A stretch of 64,000 nt of DNA from Calditrichales bacterium (GCA_965267575.1 OZ254086.1:704001-768000), one strand, 5' to 3'. Positions 27,648-37,797 are shown, counted from the stretch's first letter. Program-made: numbers and translations. Notes: generated from the sequence alone by a model not told the origin.

Positions 27648-30600
27648 ATGGTTCGCGTATTTACATTTATTTTTGTTTTGCTGATTGCCGCGTTGCCGGC
27701 ACAAAACCCGCTGTCGGATATGGAAAAATTCAAACAGGTCGAGCCGCGCGAGATTGGTCCCGCCGGGATGAGCGGCCGTGTTACCGCCATCGATGTGCAA
27801 ATCAGCGAGCCGGATGTGATCTATGTCGGCGCCGCTTCCGGTGGTGTGTGGCGTTCCACGAACGGCGGCATCGACTGGCAGCCGCTTTTTGATGAGCAGC
27901 CCACGCAAAACATTGGCGCACTGGCGCTGGATCAGTCCAATCCTGATGTGATCTGGGTGGGCACGGGAGAAGGCAACCCGCGCAACAGCCAGAACAGCGG
28001 CAACGGCGTCTACAAAAGCCTGGATGGCGGCAAAAACTGGAAACACGTGGGTCTGGAAAATACGCACACCATCCACCGGCTGATCATTGACCCGCGTAAC
28101 TCCGACGTGGTCTATGCCGCTTCGTTGGGCTCGGCCTGGGGCGAGAATGAAGAGCGCGGTGTATTCAAAACAAGCGATGGCGGCAAAACCTGGAAAAAGG
28201 TGCTCTACGTGGATGCCAAAACCGGTTGCGCCGACCTTGTGATGGATCCGGTGAATCCCAACAAGCTGATCGCGGCGATGTGGGAATACCGGCGCTGGCC
28301 CTGGTTTTTTAAGTCGGGCGGCCCCGGTTCGGGGTTATATGTTTCGTTTGACGGCGGCGAAACCTGGGAGAAGCGCACGGAAGATGACGGCCTTCCCAAG
28401 GGCGACCTGGGCCGGATGGGTCTGGCCATCGCGCCTTCCGAGCCGCAGATCGTTTACGCGCTGATCGAGGCTAAAAAGAACGGCCTGTACCGTTCCGAAG
28501 ACGGCGGTTTTAAATGGAAGCTGGTAGCCGACAAAAACATCGGCAACCGCCCGTTTTACTACGCCGATATCTTCGTTGACCCGGTCAATGAAAACCGGCT
28601 GTATAACCTCCATTCGATTGTCACCGTCAGCAATGATGGCGGCAAAACCTTCGAAAACCTGGTACCCTGGAGTAAGGACATTCACCCCGACCATCACGCC
28701 TGGTGGGTACACCCGCAGGACCCCGATTACCTGATCGACGGTAATGACGGCGGCCTGGCTATCTCCCGTGACCGCGGCAAAACCTGGCGCTTTGTTGAAA
28801 ACCTGCCCTTTGCCCAATTCTACCACATCGAGGTCGACCGTGGTCTGCCCTACAATTTATATGGCGGCATGCAGGATAACGGCTCCTGGGCCGGGCCAAG
28901 CTGGGTCTGGCGCAGAGACGGCATCCGCAACAGTTATTGGCAGGAAGTCTCTTTTGGCGACGGCTTTGATGTTGTCCCCGATCCACAGAATAACCGCTAC
29001 GGCTACAGTATGTGGCAAGGCGGCAATCTGCTGCGCTACGATCGTGAAACGGGCGATAACGTTTATATCCGCCCGGCTCATCCTGAAAATGTAACTTTGC
29101 GTTTTAACTGGAATGCCGCCGTTGCCGTTGATCCGTTCGAGCCAAATACGGTTTATTACGGCAGCCAGTTTGTACATAAAAGCAGCGATCAGGGCATGAG
29201 CTGGACGATCATTTCCCCGGACCTGACCACGAATGATCCCGAAAAGCAGAAGCAGCTTGAAAGCGGCGGCCTGACCTATGACGTAACGGAAGCCGAGAAC
29301 AATACGACCATCATCACCATTGAGCCAAGTCCGGTAGAGCAAGGCGTTGTCTGGGTGGGCACGGACGACGGATTTGTACAGTTAACCCGTGACGGCGGCA
29401 AAAGCTGGAGCAACCTCAGTGACGCTCTTCCCGGCGCACCGAAAGAAGCCTGGATTCCGCACATCCACGCATCGCAGCACAATGCCGGCGAAGCGTTTGT
29501 GGTACTAAACAATTACCGCAACAACGACTGGCAACCTTATCTCTACCACACTAACGACTTTGGCAAAAGCTGGAAGCGTCTTGTGGATGAAGAAGACATG
29601 CCCGGCTATACGCTCTCCGTTGTACAGGACAGCGGGGTGCCCGGACTGATTTTCCTGGGGACCGAATACGGTCTTTACATCAGCATGGATTACGGCAAAA
29701 GCTGGCAGCAATGGACGCAGGGCTACCCCGCCGTTTCCACCATGGATTTGGCGCTGCAGCCCGACGAGCATGACCTGGTGATCGGAACATTTGGCCGTGC
29801 CGCCTATATTTTTGATGATATCCGCTATTTGCGCCATCTGGCCACAACCCCCGGGGCGCTAAAGACCCCGCTAAAAATGATGCCGGTTAACGATGCCTGG
29901 CTGGTGTCCTACCAGCAACCGGAGGGCACACGCTTCAAGGGGCAGGCCGAATTCAGCGGGCCCAACCAGCCTTTTGGCGCCATGCTCACTTTTATCGCCA
30001 ACACGGACAGCAGCAAAGAAGACGGCAAAACCACCGGTGACAGCCTGATCATTGAAGTTTTTGATAATGAGAGCAAGCGTGTGCGTATGTTCTGCCGCAA
30101 AGCGGAAGAAGGCGTTAACCGAACCACCTGGGACCTGCGTCAGGCCGGAGTGCGCTGGCCGCAAACCAAAAAGCCGGAGAAAAGCGCCCAGGAACCTTCC
30201 GGGATTACCGTTTTGCCGGGCACTTATAAAATCCGCGTAACCTACGGCGACTACCGCGATTCGGCCATGGTAAACGTGAAGTTTGATCCGCGCGAGGAGC
30301 TGAACATGGAAGAGCTTCAAAAGCGTGAGGCCATCGTGAAGGAGTTTTATGGGCGTGTGGAAAAAGCCACCGAGATAGCCGATAAAATTCGCCTGGCAAA
30401 GGAGAATGTGGGGCGGATTGACGAGCGTTTGAAGAGCTTGCCGGCAGAACAGGCCGATTCGCTGAAAAAGCAGAGCAAGGCGCTCAGCGATACGCTGCAG
30501 GCATTGCTGGAAGATGTTATCGACAAGGAGTACAAGGGCATCAATGAAGACCCCGAAGCCCTGCGCAATGTAATGAGCTACGTAAACGCTTATACCACAT

Positions 30601-30794
30601 GGGCCTGGGATGTGCCCTACCAGATGGCACACGTTTATATGCAGGAAACTGACCAAAAGCTGGAACGGATACGATCGACGCTGAACACTATTTTGCAGAG
30701 CGACTGGCCGGCCTTCCGCGAAGCCGTGGAAAAATCGGAGCTCTCCTTTTTTGATGAGATCAAACCTGTCGAAAAAAATGACGGCGGAGAATAA
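27648..30794 (+). CDS. Secreted VPS10/BNR (Asp-box) beta-propeller glycosyl-hydrolase-like protein
   Basis: 'REIGPAGMSGRV', many 'S.DGGKTW' Asp-boxes, 'HPDHHAWW', 'GGMQDNGSW', 'LRFNWNA'. Confidence 0.88.
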   Translation: MVRVFTFIFVLLIAALPAQNPLSDMEKFKQVEPREIGPAGMSGRVTAIDVQISEPDVIYVGAASGGVWRSTNGGIDWQPLFDEQPTQNIGALALDQSNPDVIWVGTGEGNPRNSQNSGNGVYKSLDGGKNWKHVGLENTHTIHRLIIDPRNSDVVYAASLGSAWGENEERGVFKTSDGGKTWKKVLYVDAKTGCADLVMDPVNPNKLIAAMWEYRRWPWFFKSGGPGSGLYVSFDGGETWEKRTEDDGLPKGDLGRMGLAIAPSEPQIVYALIEAKKNGLYRSEDGGFKWKLVADKNIGNRPFYYADIFVDPVNENRLYNLHSIVTVSNDGGKTFENLVPWSKDIHPDHHAWWVHPQDPDYLIDGNDGGLAISRDRGKTWRFVENLPFAQFYHIEVDRGLPYNLYGGMQDNGSWAGPSWVWRRDGIRNSYWQEVSFGDGFDVVPDPQNNRYGYSMWQGGNLLRYDRETGDNVYIRPAHPENVTLRFNWNAAVAVDPFEPNTVYYGSQFVHKSSDQGMSWTIISPDLTTNDPEKQKQLESGGLTYDVTEAENNTTIITIEPSPVEQGVVWVGTDDGFVQLTRDGGKSWSNLSDALPGAPKEAWIPHIHASQHNAGEAFVVLNNYRNNDWQPYLYHTNDFGKSWKRLVDEEDMPGYTLSVVQDSGVPGLIFLGTEYGLYISMDYGKSWQQWTQGYPAVSTMDLALQPDEHDLVIGTFGRAAYIFDDIRYLRHLATTPGALKTPLKMMPVNDAWLVSYQQPEGTRFKGQAEFSGPNQPFGAMLTFIANTDSSKEDGKTTGDSLIIEVFDNESKRVRMFCRKAEEGVNRTTWDLRQAGVRWPQTKKPEKSAQEPSGITVLPGTYKIRVTYGDYRDSAMVNVKFDPREELNMEELQKREAIVKEFYGRVEKATEIADKIRLAKENVGRIDERLKSLPAEQADSLKKQSKALSDTLQALLEDVIDKEYKGINEDPEALRNVMSYVNAYTTWAWDVPYQMAHVYMQETDQKLERIRSTLNTILQSDWPAFREAVEKSELSFFDEIKPVEKNDGGE

Positions 30795-32851
30795 TGAAGC
30801 CTCCCCGCCCCAAAAAAATCGTTCAGCCGCTGAAAGCCAACGGGCATGTCCGGCACGATCCCTATTTCTGGCTGCGACAGCGCGATGACAAGGAAGTGAT
30901 CGCCCACCTGCACGAGGAAAACGCCTGGACCGAGCATGTAATGGCGCCGTGGAAAGAGCTGCGCGAAAGCCTGTTTGATGAGATCACCGGGCGCATCCCG
31001 CAGAAGGACCAGACCGCGCCCGTGCTGTACAACGGGTATCTTTATTACGCGCGTTATGAAGAGGACAAGGAGCATCCCATCCATTGCCGCAGGAAAGAGA
31101 GCACGGACTCCGAAGAAGAGATTTTGATCGATGTGAACGTGCTGGCGGAGGGCAAGGATTTCTGCCAGGTAAAGGGTCTGACGCCCAGCCCCGATAACCG
31201 CCTGCTGGCTTACAGCGCAGACTTTGTGGGCAACCGCGTTCATACAATTTTTATAAAAGACCTGCGTAGCGAAAAACTGCTGAGGGACCGTATCGACAAC
31301 ACCGATGTTAGCGTGGCCTGGGCCGCCGACAGCCAAACACTTTTCTACACAAAAAAAGACGAAACGCTGCGTCCGGCCTTTCTGATGAGGCATAGATTGG
31401 GGACAGATACGGCCAACGATGTGCAGGTTTACCACGAAGAGGGCAGTGCCTACTATCTTTATATTGGCAAAACGAAATCCGGCGCTTTTTTAACAGCCAC
31501 ATCGTGGAGCACGATGAGCAGCGAGGTGCGGCTGTTGCCCGCAGATAATCCCGCTGGAGAATGGCGCGTTGTGCATCCGCGCGAAGACGACCTGCTCTAC
31601 GACGTGGCCCATGAGCCGGAAAACGACCGGCTGTTTATCCACACCAACGATCAGGCTAAAAACTTCCGCCTGATGACAGCGCCGCTGGTTGCACCGGGCA
31701 AAGAAAACTGGAAGGAATATTACGCCCACCGCCCGTACACGCTGTTGGAAAGTTTTGAGCTTTTCCGCGACTGGCTCGTTTTGCAGGAACGCCACAACGG
31801 GCTGACACGTCTCCGCGTTATCCGCAAAACCGATCGCCGGGAGCACCTGATTGAGTTTGATGACCCCGCTTACGTGGCCTGGTGCGGCAGCAACCTGCAG
31901 TACAACAGCGGCACTCTGCGCTATGGCTACACCTCGCTGACCACCCCGGTGAGTTCCTACGACTATGACATGGAAACGCGCAAACAAATGCTCGTAAAGC
32001 GGCAGGAGGTGATCGGCATTTTTGACCCCTCTGAATACGCAAGTGAGCGTATTTTCGCCAAAGCCCCAGACGGCACTGAAGTGCCCGTTTCGCTGGTTTA
32101 CCGCAAGGGCCTGCAGCGGCGCGGCAAAAATCCCTGCCTGCTTTACGGCTACGGCTCCTACGGCATCAGCATGGACCCGGAGTTCAGTCCGGTACGGCTG
32201 AGTCTGCTGGACCGTGGTTTTATCTTTGCCATCGCCCACATCCGCGGCGGACAGGAGCTGGGCCGTCATTGGTACGAAGAGGGCAAACTGCTGCAAAAGA
32301 AAAATACCTTTTCCGATTTCATCGCCTGCGCGGAAACGCTCATCGCTAAAAAATATACATCGCCCGATTGCCTTTTTGCCTACGGCGGCAGCGCCGGTGG
32401 CATGCTGATGGGCGCCGTCCTAAATATGCGCCCTGATCTGTGGAAAGCGGTGGTGGCGGCCGTGCCTTTTGTTGATGTCGTTACAACCATGCTGGACGAA
32501 AGCATCCCGTTGACGACGGGCGAGTATGACGAATGGGGCAATCCCAACACAAAAAAATATTACGACTACATGCTCTCCTATTCACCATACGACAACGTGA
32601 CCGATCACGCGTACCCTGCTATCCTCGTAACTACCGGTTTGCACGATTCCCAGGTGCAGTATTGGGAGCCGGCCAAATGGGTTGCGCGGCTGCGCGACTA
32701 CAACCAAAGTGACAAACCCGTGCTGCTGCACACCGAAATGGAAGCCGGACACGGAGGCGCTTCCGGGCGTTTTGAGAAATACAAAACCACGGCGCTGCAT
32801 TACGCCTTTCTGCTGGCCGCCTTAAGAGACTTCTTTCCGCCGGAAAAATAG
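30794..32851 (+). CDS. ptrB: Oligopeptidase B (S9A)
   Basis: 'DPYFWLR', 'LLYGYGSYG', 'AHIRGG', 'GGSAGG', 'EYDEWGNP', 'HDSQVQYWEPAKW', 'AGHGG'. Confidence 0.95.
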   Translation: MKPPRPKKIVQPLKANGHVRHDPYFWLRQRDDKEVIAHLHEENAWTEHVMAPWKELRESLFDEITGRIPQKDQTAPVLYNGYLYYARYEEDKEHPIHCRRKESTDSEEEILIDVNVLAEGKDFCQVKGLTPSPDNRLLAYSADFVGNRVHTIFIKDLRSEKLLRDRIDNTDVSVAWAADSQTLFYTKKDETLRPAFLMRHRLGTDTANDVQVYHEEGSAYYLYIGKTKSGAFLTATSWSTMSSEVRLLPADNPAGEWRVVHPREDDLLYDVAHEPENDRLFIHTNDQAKNFRLMTAPLVAPGKENWKEYYAHRPYTLLESFELFRDWLVLQERHNGLTRLRVIRKTDRREHLIEFDDPAYVAWCGSNLQYNSGTLRYGYTSLTTPVSSYDYDMETRKQMLVKRQEVIGIFDPSEYASERIFAKAPDGTEVPVSLVYRKGLQRRGKNPCLLYGYGSYGISMDPEFSPVRLSLLDRGFIFAIAHIRGGQELGRHWYEEGKLLQKKNTFSDFIACAETLIAKKYTSPDCLFAYGGSAGGMLMGAVLNMRPDLWKAVVAAVPFVDVVTTMLDESIPLTTGEYDEWGNPNTKKYYDYMLSYSPYDNVTDHAYPAILVTTGLHDSQVQYWEPAKWVARLRDYNQSDKPVLLHTEMEAGHGGASGRFEKYKTTALHYAFLLAALRDFFPPEK

Positions 32852-32874
32852 ACCTGTGGACGCGACAACCTATC

Positions 32875-32900
32875 GTCATCCTGAATTCATTTCAGGATCT
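32875..32900. repeat. REP-like palindrome GTCATCCTGAA-TTCAT-TTCAGGATCT
   Basis: 8-bp perfect stem with GTC...CT ends shared with the 19062 element. Confidence 0.7.
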
Positions 32901-33039
32901 GTTTCCCGCGATGAAAAGGCACCAAAATAAACCAGCCGCGTGTTTCGGGCTGGCCTGGCAGATGCAAAATCCCCTTAAGGAATAATGTCTTGACGGCACC
33001 AGTTTATCCCCGCAAATAACGGGAGACCATCTCACCTTA

Positions 33040-33564
33040 ATGATGGCTTTATTGCTTATGCCGCAAGACAACACAATCATTATAAACTTTGAGAAAAAAC
33101 CTGCCGACGGCTCATGGGAAATCGTCAATGACGGTGTTATGGGCGGTTTGTCGCAAAGCAGCATGCGCTGGTCGGAAGATGGCTATGCCGTTTTTACCGG
33201 GCGTGTTTCGCTGGCCAACAACGGCGGTTTCGCCTCAACGCGCACACGCGGGCTGGATTTGAAGACAAAGGAATATAAAGGATTTAAGATCCGCATAAAG
33301 GGCGATGGCCGGGTTTACAAAATGCGCGCCCGGACGGACAACCAGTACGATGGTGTGACCTACAGCGCCGATTTCCAGACGGAAACCAACGCCTGGCAGG
33401 AAATCGCTATTCCCTTCGAAGATTTTAGGCCAACATTCCGCGGCCGCACATTAAAAGACCAACCGCCCCTTCAGGGTCTGCCCCTTCGCCAACTGGGCTT
33501 TCTTATCTCAGACAAACAGGAAGGTATATTTAAGCTGGAAATTGAGTGGATCGCCGTTTATTGA
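33040..33564 (+). CDS. CIA30-family carbohydrate-binding-like protein
   Basis: 'W.IVNDGVMGGLS', 'SLANNGGFAS.R', 'GDGR.YK', 'PTFRGR', 'ISDKQEG.F.LEI.WI'. Confidence 0.92.
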   Translation: MMALLLMPQDNTIIINFEKKPADGSWEIVNDGVMGGLSQSSMRWSEDGYAVFTGRVSLANNGGFASTRTRGLDLKTKEYKGFKIRIKGDGRVYKMRARTDNQYDGVTYSADFQTETNAWQEIAIPFEDFRPTFRGRTLKDQPPLQGLPLRQLGFLISDKQEGIFKLEIEWIAVY

Positions 33565-33578
33565 ATCTGTTCAAGGCA

Positions 33579-33618
33579 TAAAAAAGCCCGGCGGCATTTG
33601 GCTGTCGGGCTTTTTTAT
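33579..33618. terminator. Bidirectional intrinsic terminator
   Basis: AAAAAAGCCCGGC...GTCGGGCTTTTTT between convergent genes. Confidence 0.88.
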
Positions 33619-33632
33619 TATCTGTATTTTCA

Positions 33633-34622
33633 TCAACTGAACGGGTCAAAGCAGGGCTGGAAACCACCGGGGACGCCCTTCACCAGAACGCTGATGGCGT
33701 CATGTGAATGAAGCGATTCCAGGTGCGCGGCATGAACGCGGAAATCAACGATCTGCGGATCACTGTTGAGGCCATTGTAAAGCAGACGCACGGCATCTTC
33801 AACAAACTTGAGGTAGGCGGCATTCAGTTCGGCAAAAGCCTGCTCATCTTCTCTTTTTACCATCACCTGTGTTTCCGTTTTCAGGCTGTCCCGGCAAATA
33901 TCGATTACATCTTCAATCCAAAGATGCCCTACATATTCCAGCGAAATGCGCGCGACCGAACGCTGGCTGTGAGGAACTGCCGCGACACTGCGCTGGAGGT
34001 TGGCGTGCACGCTCAGCTCATAGCTGCAGGGACAGGCCGAGGAGTATTCAAATTTAAGATGCATGAACTGTCGCACTTTGTGGTCTGGCGTGATCACCGT
34101 TTCCAGAACAAGCGGGTAATACTGGTAGCCGCTTAAACCGCTGCGCAGGCTTTGCTGGCGCACAGGGTAATCAAACTTAATGGCAATGCGCGCCGACGAC
34201 GTTTCCAGCTTTTCCAGGTAGGCCCGCACCACGCGTTGCAGGTTCTCGGGATGCAGCTCATCCTCGCCATACTCGTAAAAGGTGCGGATAATGCGGCTCA
34301 TGTTGATGCCCTTTTTATGCGATTCCAGCGAAACCGTGCCCGTGACGCTGGCATGAACCTGCAATGAATCGCCACGCCGCGTTTTGATCATCAGCGGAAT
34401 CTTGAAATTGCCGATCCCCACGTGCTGGATTTCAACGGCCGGGCTGTTGTTGCGCCCGTTCTGCAGGTCGGGCAGTGTCTGCCTGTAGCGCGCGTCCACG
34501 CGAAAATCGGGGTCATAATATTTTATCAGTTCATTAACCCGCGGTACTTCCCACTGCTCTGCCGAATTTTCGGGGCCGTTTTCAGCTACAACGTCAAAGT
34601 CGCTCATATCCATGTGTGCCAT
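33633..34622 (-). CDS. folE2: GTP cyclohydrolase IB (FolE2)
   Basis: 'LPDLQ', 'IQHVGI', 'KGINMSR', 'YSSACPCS', 'PHSQRS', 'VKREDE..FAE.N...LKFVEDA.R', 'ESLHSHDA'. Start placed at ATG 34622 behind GGAG. Confidence 0.95.
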   Translation of the reverse strand: MAHMDMSDFDVVAENGPENSAEQWEVPRVNELIKYYDPDFRVDARYRQTLPDLQNGRNNSPAVEIQHVGIGNFKIPLMIKTRRGDSLQVHASVTGTVSLESHKKGINMSRIIRTFYEYGEDELHPENLQRVVRAYLEKLETSSARIAIKFDYPVRQQSLRSGLSGYQYYPLVLETVITPDHKVRQFMHLKFEYSSACPCSYELSVHANLQRSVAAVPHSQRSVARISLEYVGHLWIEDVIDICRDSLKTETQVMVKREDEQAFAELNAAYLKFVEDAVRLLYNGLNSDPQIVDFRVHAAHLESLHSHDAISVLVKGVPGGFQPCFDPFS

Positions 34623-34740
34623 AAATTTCTCCGGATTTTTGATTATCAAAATAAAGCGTGTTACAACACGGGCTTGACCTGTTTCATTTCAATTTTTTCA
34701 TTATTATTAAAAAGATTGTAATAATGGTTGGATTGTCTTC

Positions 34741-35448
34741 ATGGCTGAACCACGCATCGTACTTGTCACCGGCGCTAATCGCGGAATTGGTTTTGAGATC
34801 TGCCGCCAGTTTGCCCGGCTGGAAAATTACCGCGTTGTGCTAAGCGCGCGCGAAGAGCAAAAAGGCAGGCAGGCGATTGCCGCACTGGCCGATGAAGGGC
34901 TTAAGGCACAATTCCTGCAGCTGGATGTGGCCAGTCCCGCTGCCATTAATCACGCCTCCGTCTGGTTGCAGCAGCACTACAGCCGCCTGGATGTGCTGAT
35001 CAACAACGCCGGTGTTTACCCGGATGAAGGCGCCCGGCTGCGCGATGTAGACGAACAGGCTATCCGCAATACCTTTAACATCAACATCTGGGGGCCGCTG
35101 CGTCTTTGCCGCATGGCCATCCCGCTGATGGAGAAAAACGGCTACGGGCGGATTGTAAATGTCTCCTCCGGCATGGGCGCCATGAGCCAAATGCGCTCGC
35201 GAACAGGTTCTTACAAAATCTCCAAGCTTGCTCTCAATGGCATCACGCAAATCCTTGCCGATGAAGTCGACCGGCGTCGCATCAAGATCAATGCCGTTTG
35301 CCCGGGCTGGGTACGCACGGATATGGGGGGCTGGGCCGCACCCACTTCGGTGGAAAAGGCGGCCAGGGGGATCGTTTGGGCGGCAACGCTGGATGAGAAC
35401 GGCCCAAGCGGTGGCTTTTTCCGCCACGGCAAACCTATCGAATGGTAA
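34741..35448 (+). CDS. SDR-family oxidoreductase (carbonyl reductase-like)
   Basis: 'TGANRGIG', 'NNAG', 'YKISK', 'CPGWVRTDMGG'. Confidence 0.95.
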   Translation: MAEPRIVLVTGANRGIGFEICRQFARLENYRVVLSAREEQKGRQAIAALADEGLKAQFLQLDVASPAAINHASVWLQQHYSRLDVLINNAGVYPDEGARLRDVDEQAIRNTFNINIWGPLRLCRMAIPLMEKNGYGRIVNVSSGMGAMSQMRSRTGSYKISKLALNGITQILADEVDRRRIKINAVCPGWVRTDMGGWAAPTSVEKAARGIVWAATLDENGPSGGFFRHGKPIEW

Positions 35449-35497
35449 TCCAAGCTAAAAAATCTACGTCTCCAAAACCCTACAGAAAGGACAACGC

Positions 35498-36574
35498 ATG
35501 CGTAATTTGCCTACTGTATTCATCGTGCTGTTTTTATCCGCCATATTCTGCCTGGCGCAAACCGAAACGCTGACCATCGCCTATTCGGAATCGCCGCCGT
35601 TTATTATGGAAAACCCAGACGGCGAATTGGAAGGGATCAGCGTCTGGGCCTGGGAAAAAATAGCCAAAGACCTTAACATAAAATTCCGCTACGAAAAACG
35701 GGACCTGGAAGAGATCATCACGGGCCTCAAAAACGGAAGCATCGATATGAGCATGAACCCGCTCACCGTAACTGCCCAACGCAGCCAGTCGATTGACTTT
35801 TCACATCCCTTTTTTGTTTCCAATTCCACGGTTGCCATTCCGGAAACATCAACCCTGCAAAAAGGTCTTCAGTTTGTTACATCCTTTTTCTCACTCAATT
35901 TTTTCCGTTCTATTCTGGCCCTGTTTGTGGTTATTCTCATTTTTGGATTGCTGGCCTGGTTTTTCGAGAGAAAAGCAAATCCCGAGGAGTTTCAAACCGG
36001 CGTGAAAGGAATCTGGAGCGGCATCTGGTGGTCCGCCGTTACCATGACCACCGTGGGTTACGGCGACAAATCACCCAAATCGCTGGGCGGGCGCATTGTG
36101 GCGCTGGTCTGGATGTTCACCGCCATCATCATCATTTCCGGTTTCACTGCGGGGATTGCTTCTTCGCTGACGGTGAACCAACTGGGCTGGAGCAAGAACA
36201 GTATCTCCGATTTTAAGAAAGAGCAGATCGCGACCGTGGCCAATTCGGCTACCGCGCACTGGCTGGAGCGCCATTTTTTCCGTAAACATGAAGTGTTTCC
36301 AACGCTGCCCGAGGCCTTGCAGGCGCTTAACGAAAACCGGGCCAGCGGCGTAACCTACGATGAGCCTATTCTGAAATACCTGGTCAACAACGACGAGCGC
36401 TTCAACAGCCTGGAAATGCTGCCGATCAAATTCAACCCGCAGTTTTATTCCTTTGGCTTCAGCATGATGCTGGACGAACAGCTGAAATACAACATATCCA
36501 AAAAGATCATCAAATTGACCGAAGGCAGCGACTGGAAGAACCTGCTGGCAGAGTACGATCTTCAGGATATGTAA
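35498..36574 (+). CDS. Ligand-binding-domain-fused K+ channel (GluR0-like: S1-M1-P-M2-S2)
   Basis: Signal peptide; SBP_bac_3 motifs 'PPF', 'LTVT.QR...IDFSHPF'; pore 'WWSAVTMTTVGYGDK.P'; second SBP half after M2. Confidence 0.9.
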   Translation: MRNLPTVFIVLFLSAIFCLAQTETLTIAYSESPPFIMENPDGELEGISVWAWEKIAKDLNIKFRYEKRDLEEIITGLKNGSIDMSMNPLTVTAQRSQSIDFSHPFFVSNSTVAIPETSTLQKGLQFVTSFFSLNFFRSILALFVVILIFGLLAWFFERKANPEEFQTGVKGIWSGIWWSAVTMTTVGYGDKSPKSLGGRIVALVWMFTAIIIISGFTAGIASSLTVNQLGWSKNSISDFKKEQIATVANSATAHWLERHFFRKHEVFPTLPEALQALNENRASGVTYDEPILKYLVNNDERFNSLEMLPIKFNPQFYSFGFSMMLDEQLKYNISKKIIKLTEGSDWKNLLAEYDLQDM

Positions 36575-36718
36575 AGGTGGATGCCGAGCTGTCCGGAAAA
36601 ATTTCATAACTACATGATAAAGAAAATCGATATCATGAATTGTTTGTGAACTCTTTGTTAAAATCAAAAGCTATTCTTCTTCAGAGGCAAAAAGAAAATA
36701 CCAAAGAAGGAGGATTTC

Positions 36719-37639
36719 ATGTATCGATTCATTTTAACGGCGCTGCTTGGCACCGCGCTTTTTCTCACCGCCTGCAGCCCGGATGACGACAACGGCACGG
36801 GGCCGGACCAGCTCACTGAGGTAAACCTCAGCTTTTCCGGATTGGAACCGCTGCAAAACGGTTACCATTATGAAGGCTGGGTTATTTTGGATGGTCAGCC
36901 GTTTTCCACGGGTAAATTTAATGTGGATGCCGGCGGCAATTTTACGGACCTGAATGGTAACAGCATCAACGGCACATTTTCTACCGCGCAGAATGATCCG
37001 CTGAGTGGCGCAACGGCTGTCGTAATTACGATAGAGCCTGCCGGTGACACAGATGCCATTCCGGCAGCCACCAAAATTCTCGGCGGCGATCTGTCCAATG
37101 AGAGCGCTTCGCTGACAACGGCGCATGGTGCTACCCTGGGCAGCGATTTCAGCTCAGCTGCCGGTAATTTTATCCTGGCCACACCAACAACATCAGCCAC
37201 GGATGACGAAAACAGCGGCATCTGGTTTCTGGATCTTAGCAGCGGTTCTCCAGCCGTGGGACTTACCCTGCCAACACTTCCCGCGGGCTGGGCCTATGAA
37301 GGCTGGGCGGTTGTAAACGGTACGCCGGTAACGACAGGTCGTTTTACCGACGTGGCTGCAGCCGATCAATCAGCTCCCTATAGCGGACAGGATGCTTCAG
37401 GGCCGCCCTTTCCCGGTGAAGACCTGATAAATAGCGCGCCTTCCGGTCTGACTTTCCCTACAGACCTGGCCGGCGGTACGGCTGTAATATCCATCGAGCC
37501 GGAACCGGATGACAGTACGGCTCCTTTTACGCTTAAGCCGCTGGTACAAATGATCAGCGCTTCAGCCACGGATCATACTACTTACTCTATGGGCAATAAC
37601 GCCGCCGCCTTCCCGACAGGCACGGCAACACTGCAATAA
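36719..37639 (+). CDS. Lipoprotein with two internal 'YEGW...TG.F...ITIEP' repeats
   Basis: Lipobox 'FLTAC'; 'HYEGWVI.DG...STGKF...VITIEP' and 'AYEGWAV.NG...TTGRF...VISIEP'. Confidence 0.75.
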   Translation: MYRFILTALLGTALFLTACSPDDDNGTGPDQLTEVNLSFSGLEPLQNGYHYEGWVILDGQPFSTGKFNVDAGGNFTDLNGNSINGTFSTAQNDPLSGATAVVITIEPAGDTDAIPAATKILGGDLSNESASLTTAHGATLGSDFSSAAGNFILATPTTSATDDENSGIWFLDLSSGSPAVGLTLPTLPAGWAYEGWAVVNGTPVTTGRFTDVAAADQSAPYSGQDASGPPFPGEDLINSAPSGLTFPTDLAGGTAVISIEPEPDDSTAPFTLKPLVQMISASATDHTTYSMGNNAAAFPTGTATLQ

Positions 37640-37683
37640 GTCCCTGCCCTGATCTCCCAAGTTAAAAGGGATTCTAAAAAACA

Positions 37684-37712
37684 AAGCCCCGGCCAAACTC
37701 GGGGCTTTTTTT
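37684..37712 (+). terminator. Intrinsic terminator
   Basis: AAAGCCCCG...CGGGGCTTT plus T run. Confidence 0.85.
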
Positions 37713-37797
37713 GTCTAATAGTCAGCAAAAGTAAAAATTATTTCTTTCTCACTCTCATAATCATTATCATTTTCTCGTCTTCAGTCCATTGAAAACT

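Noticed and set aside
33021-33045. Possible 1-bp deletion in the CIA30 start codon (GGAGACCAT-CTCACC)
   Set aside because: In-frame ATGs follow within a few codons; a lesion cannot be distinguished from a normal start without homologs.
36644-36661. Second Rex-like box TTGTGAA-CTCT-TTGTTAA
   Set aside because: The right arm matches only 4/7 in AT-rich DNA, and the downstream gene has no evident redox role.
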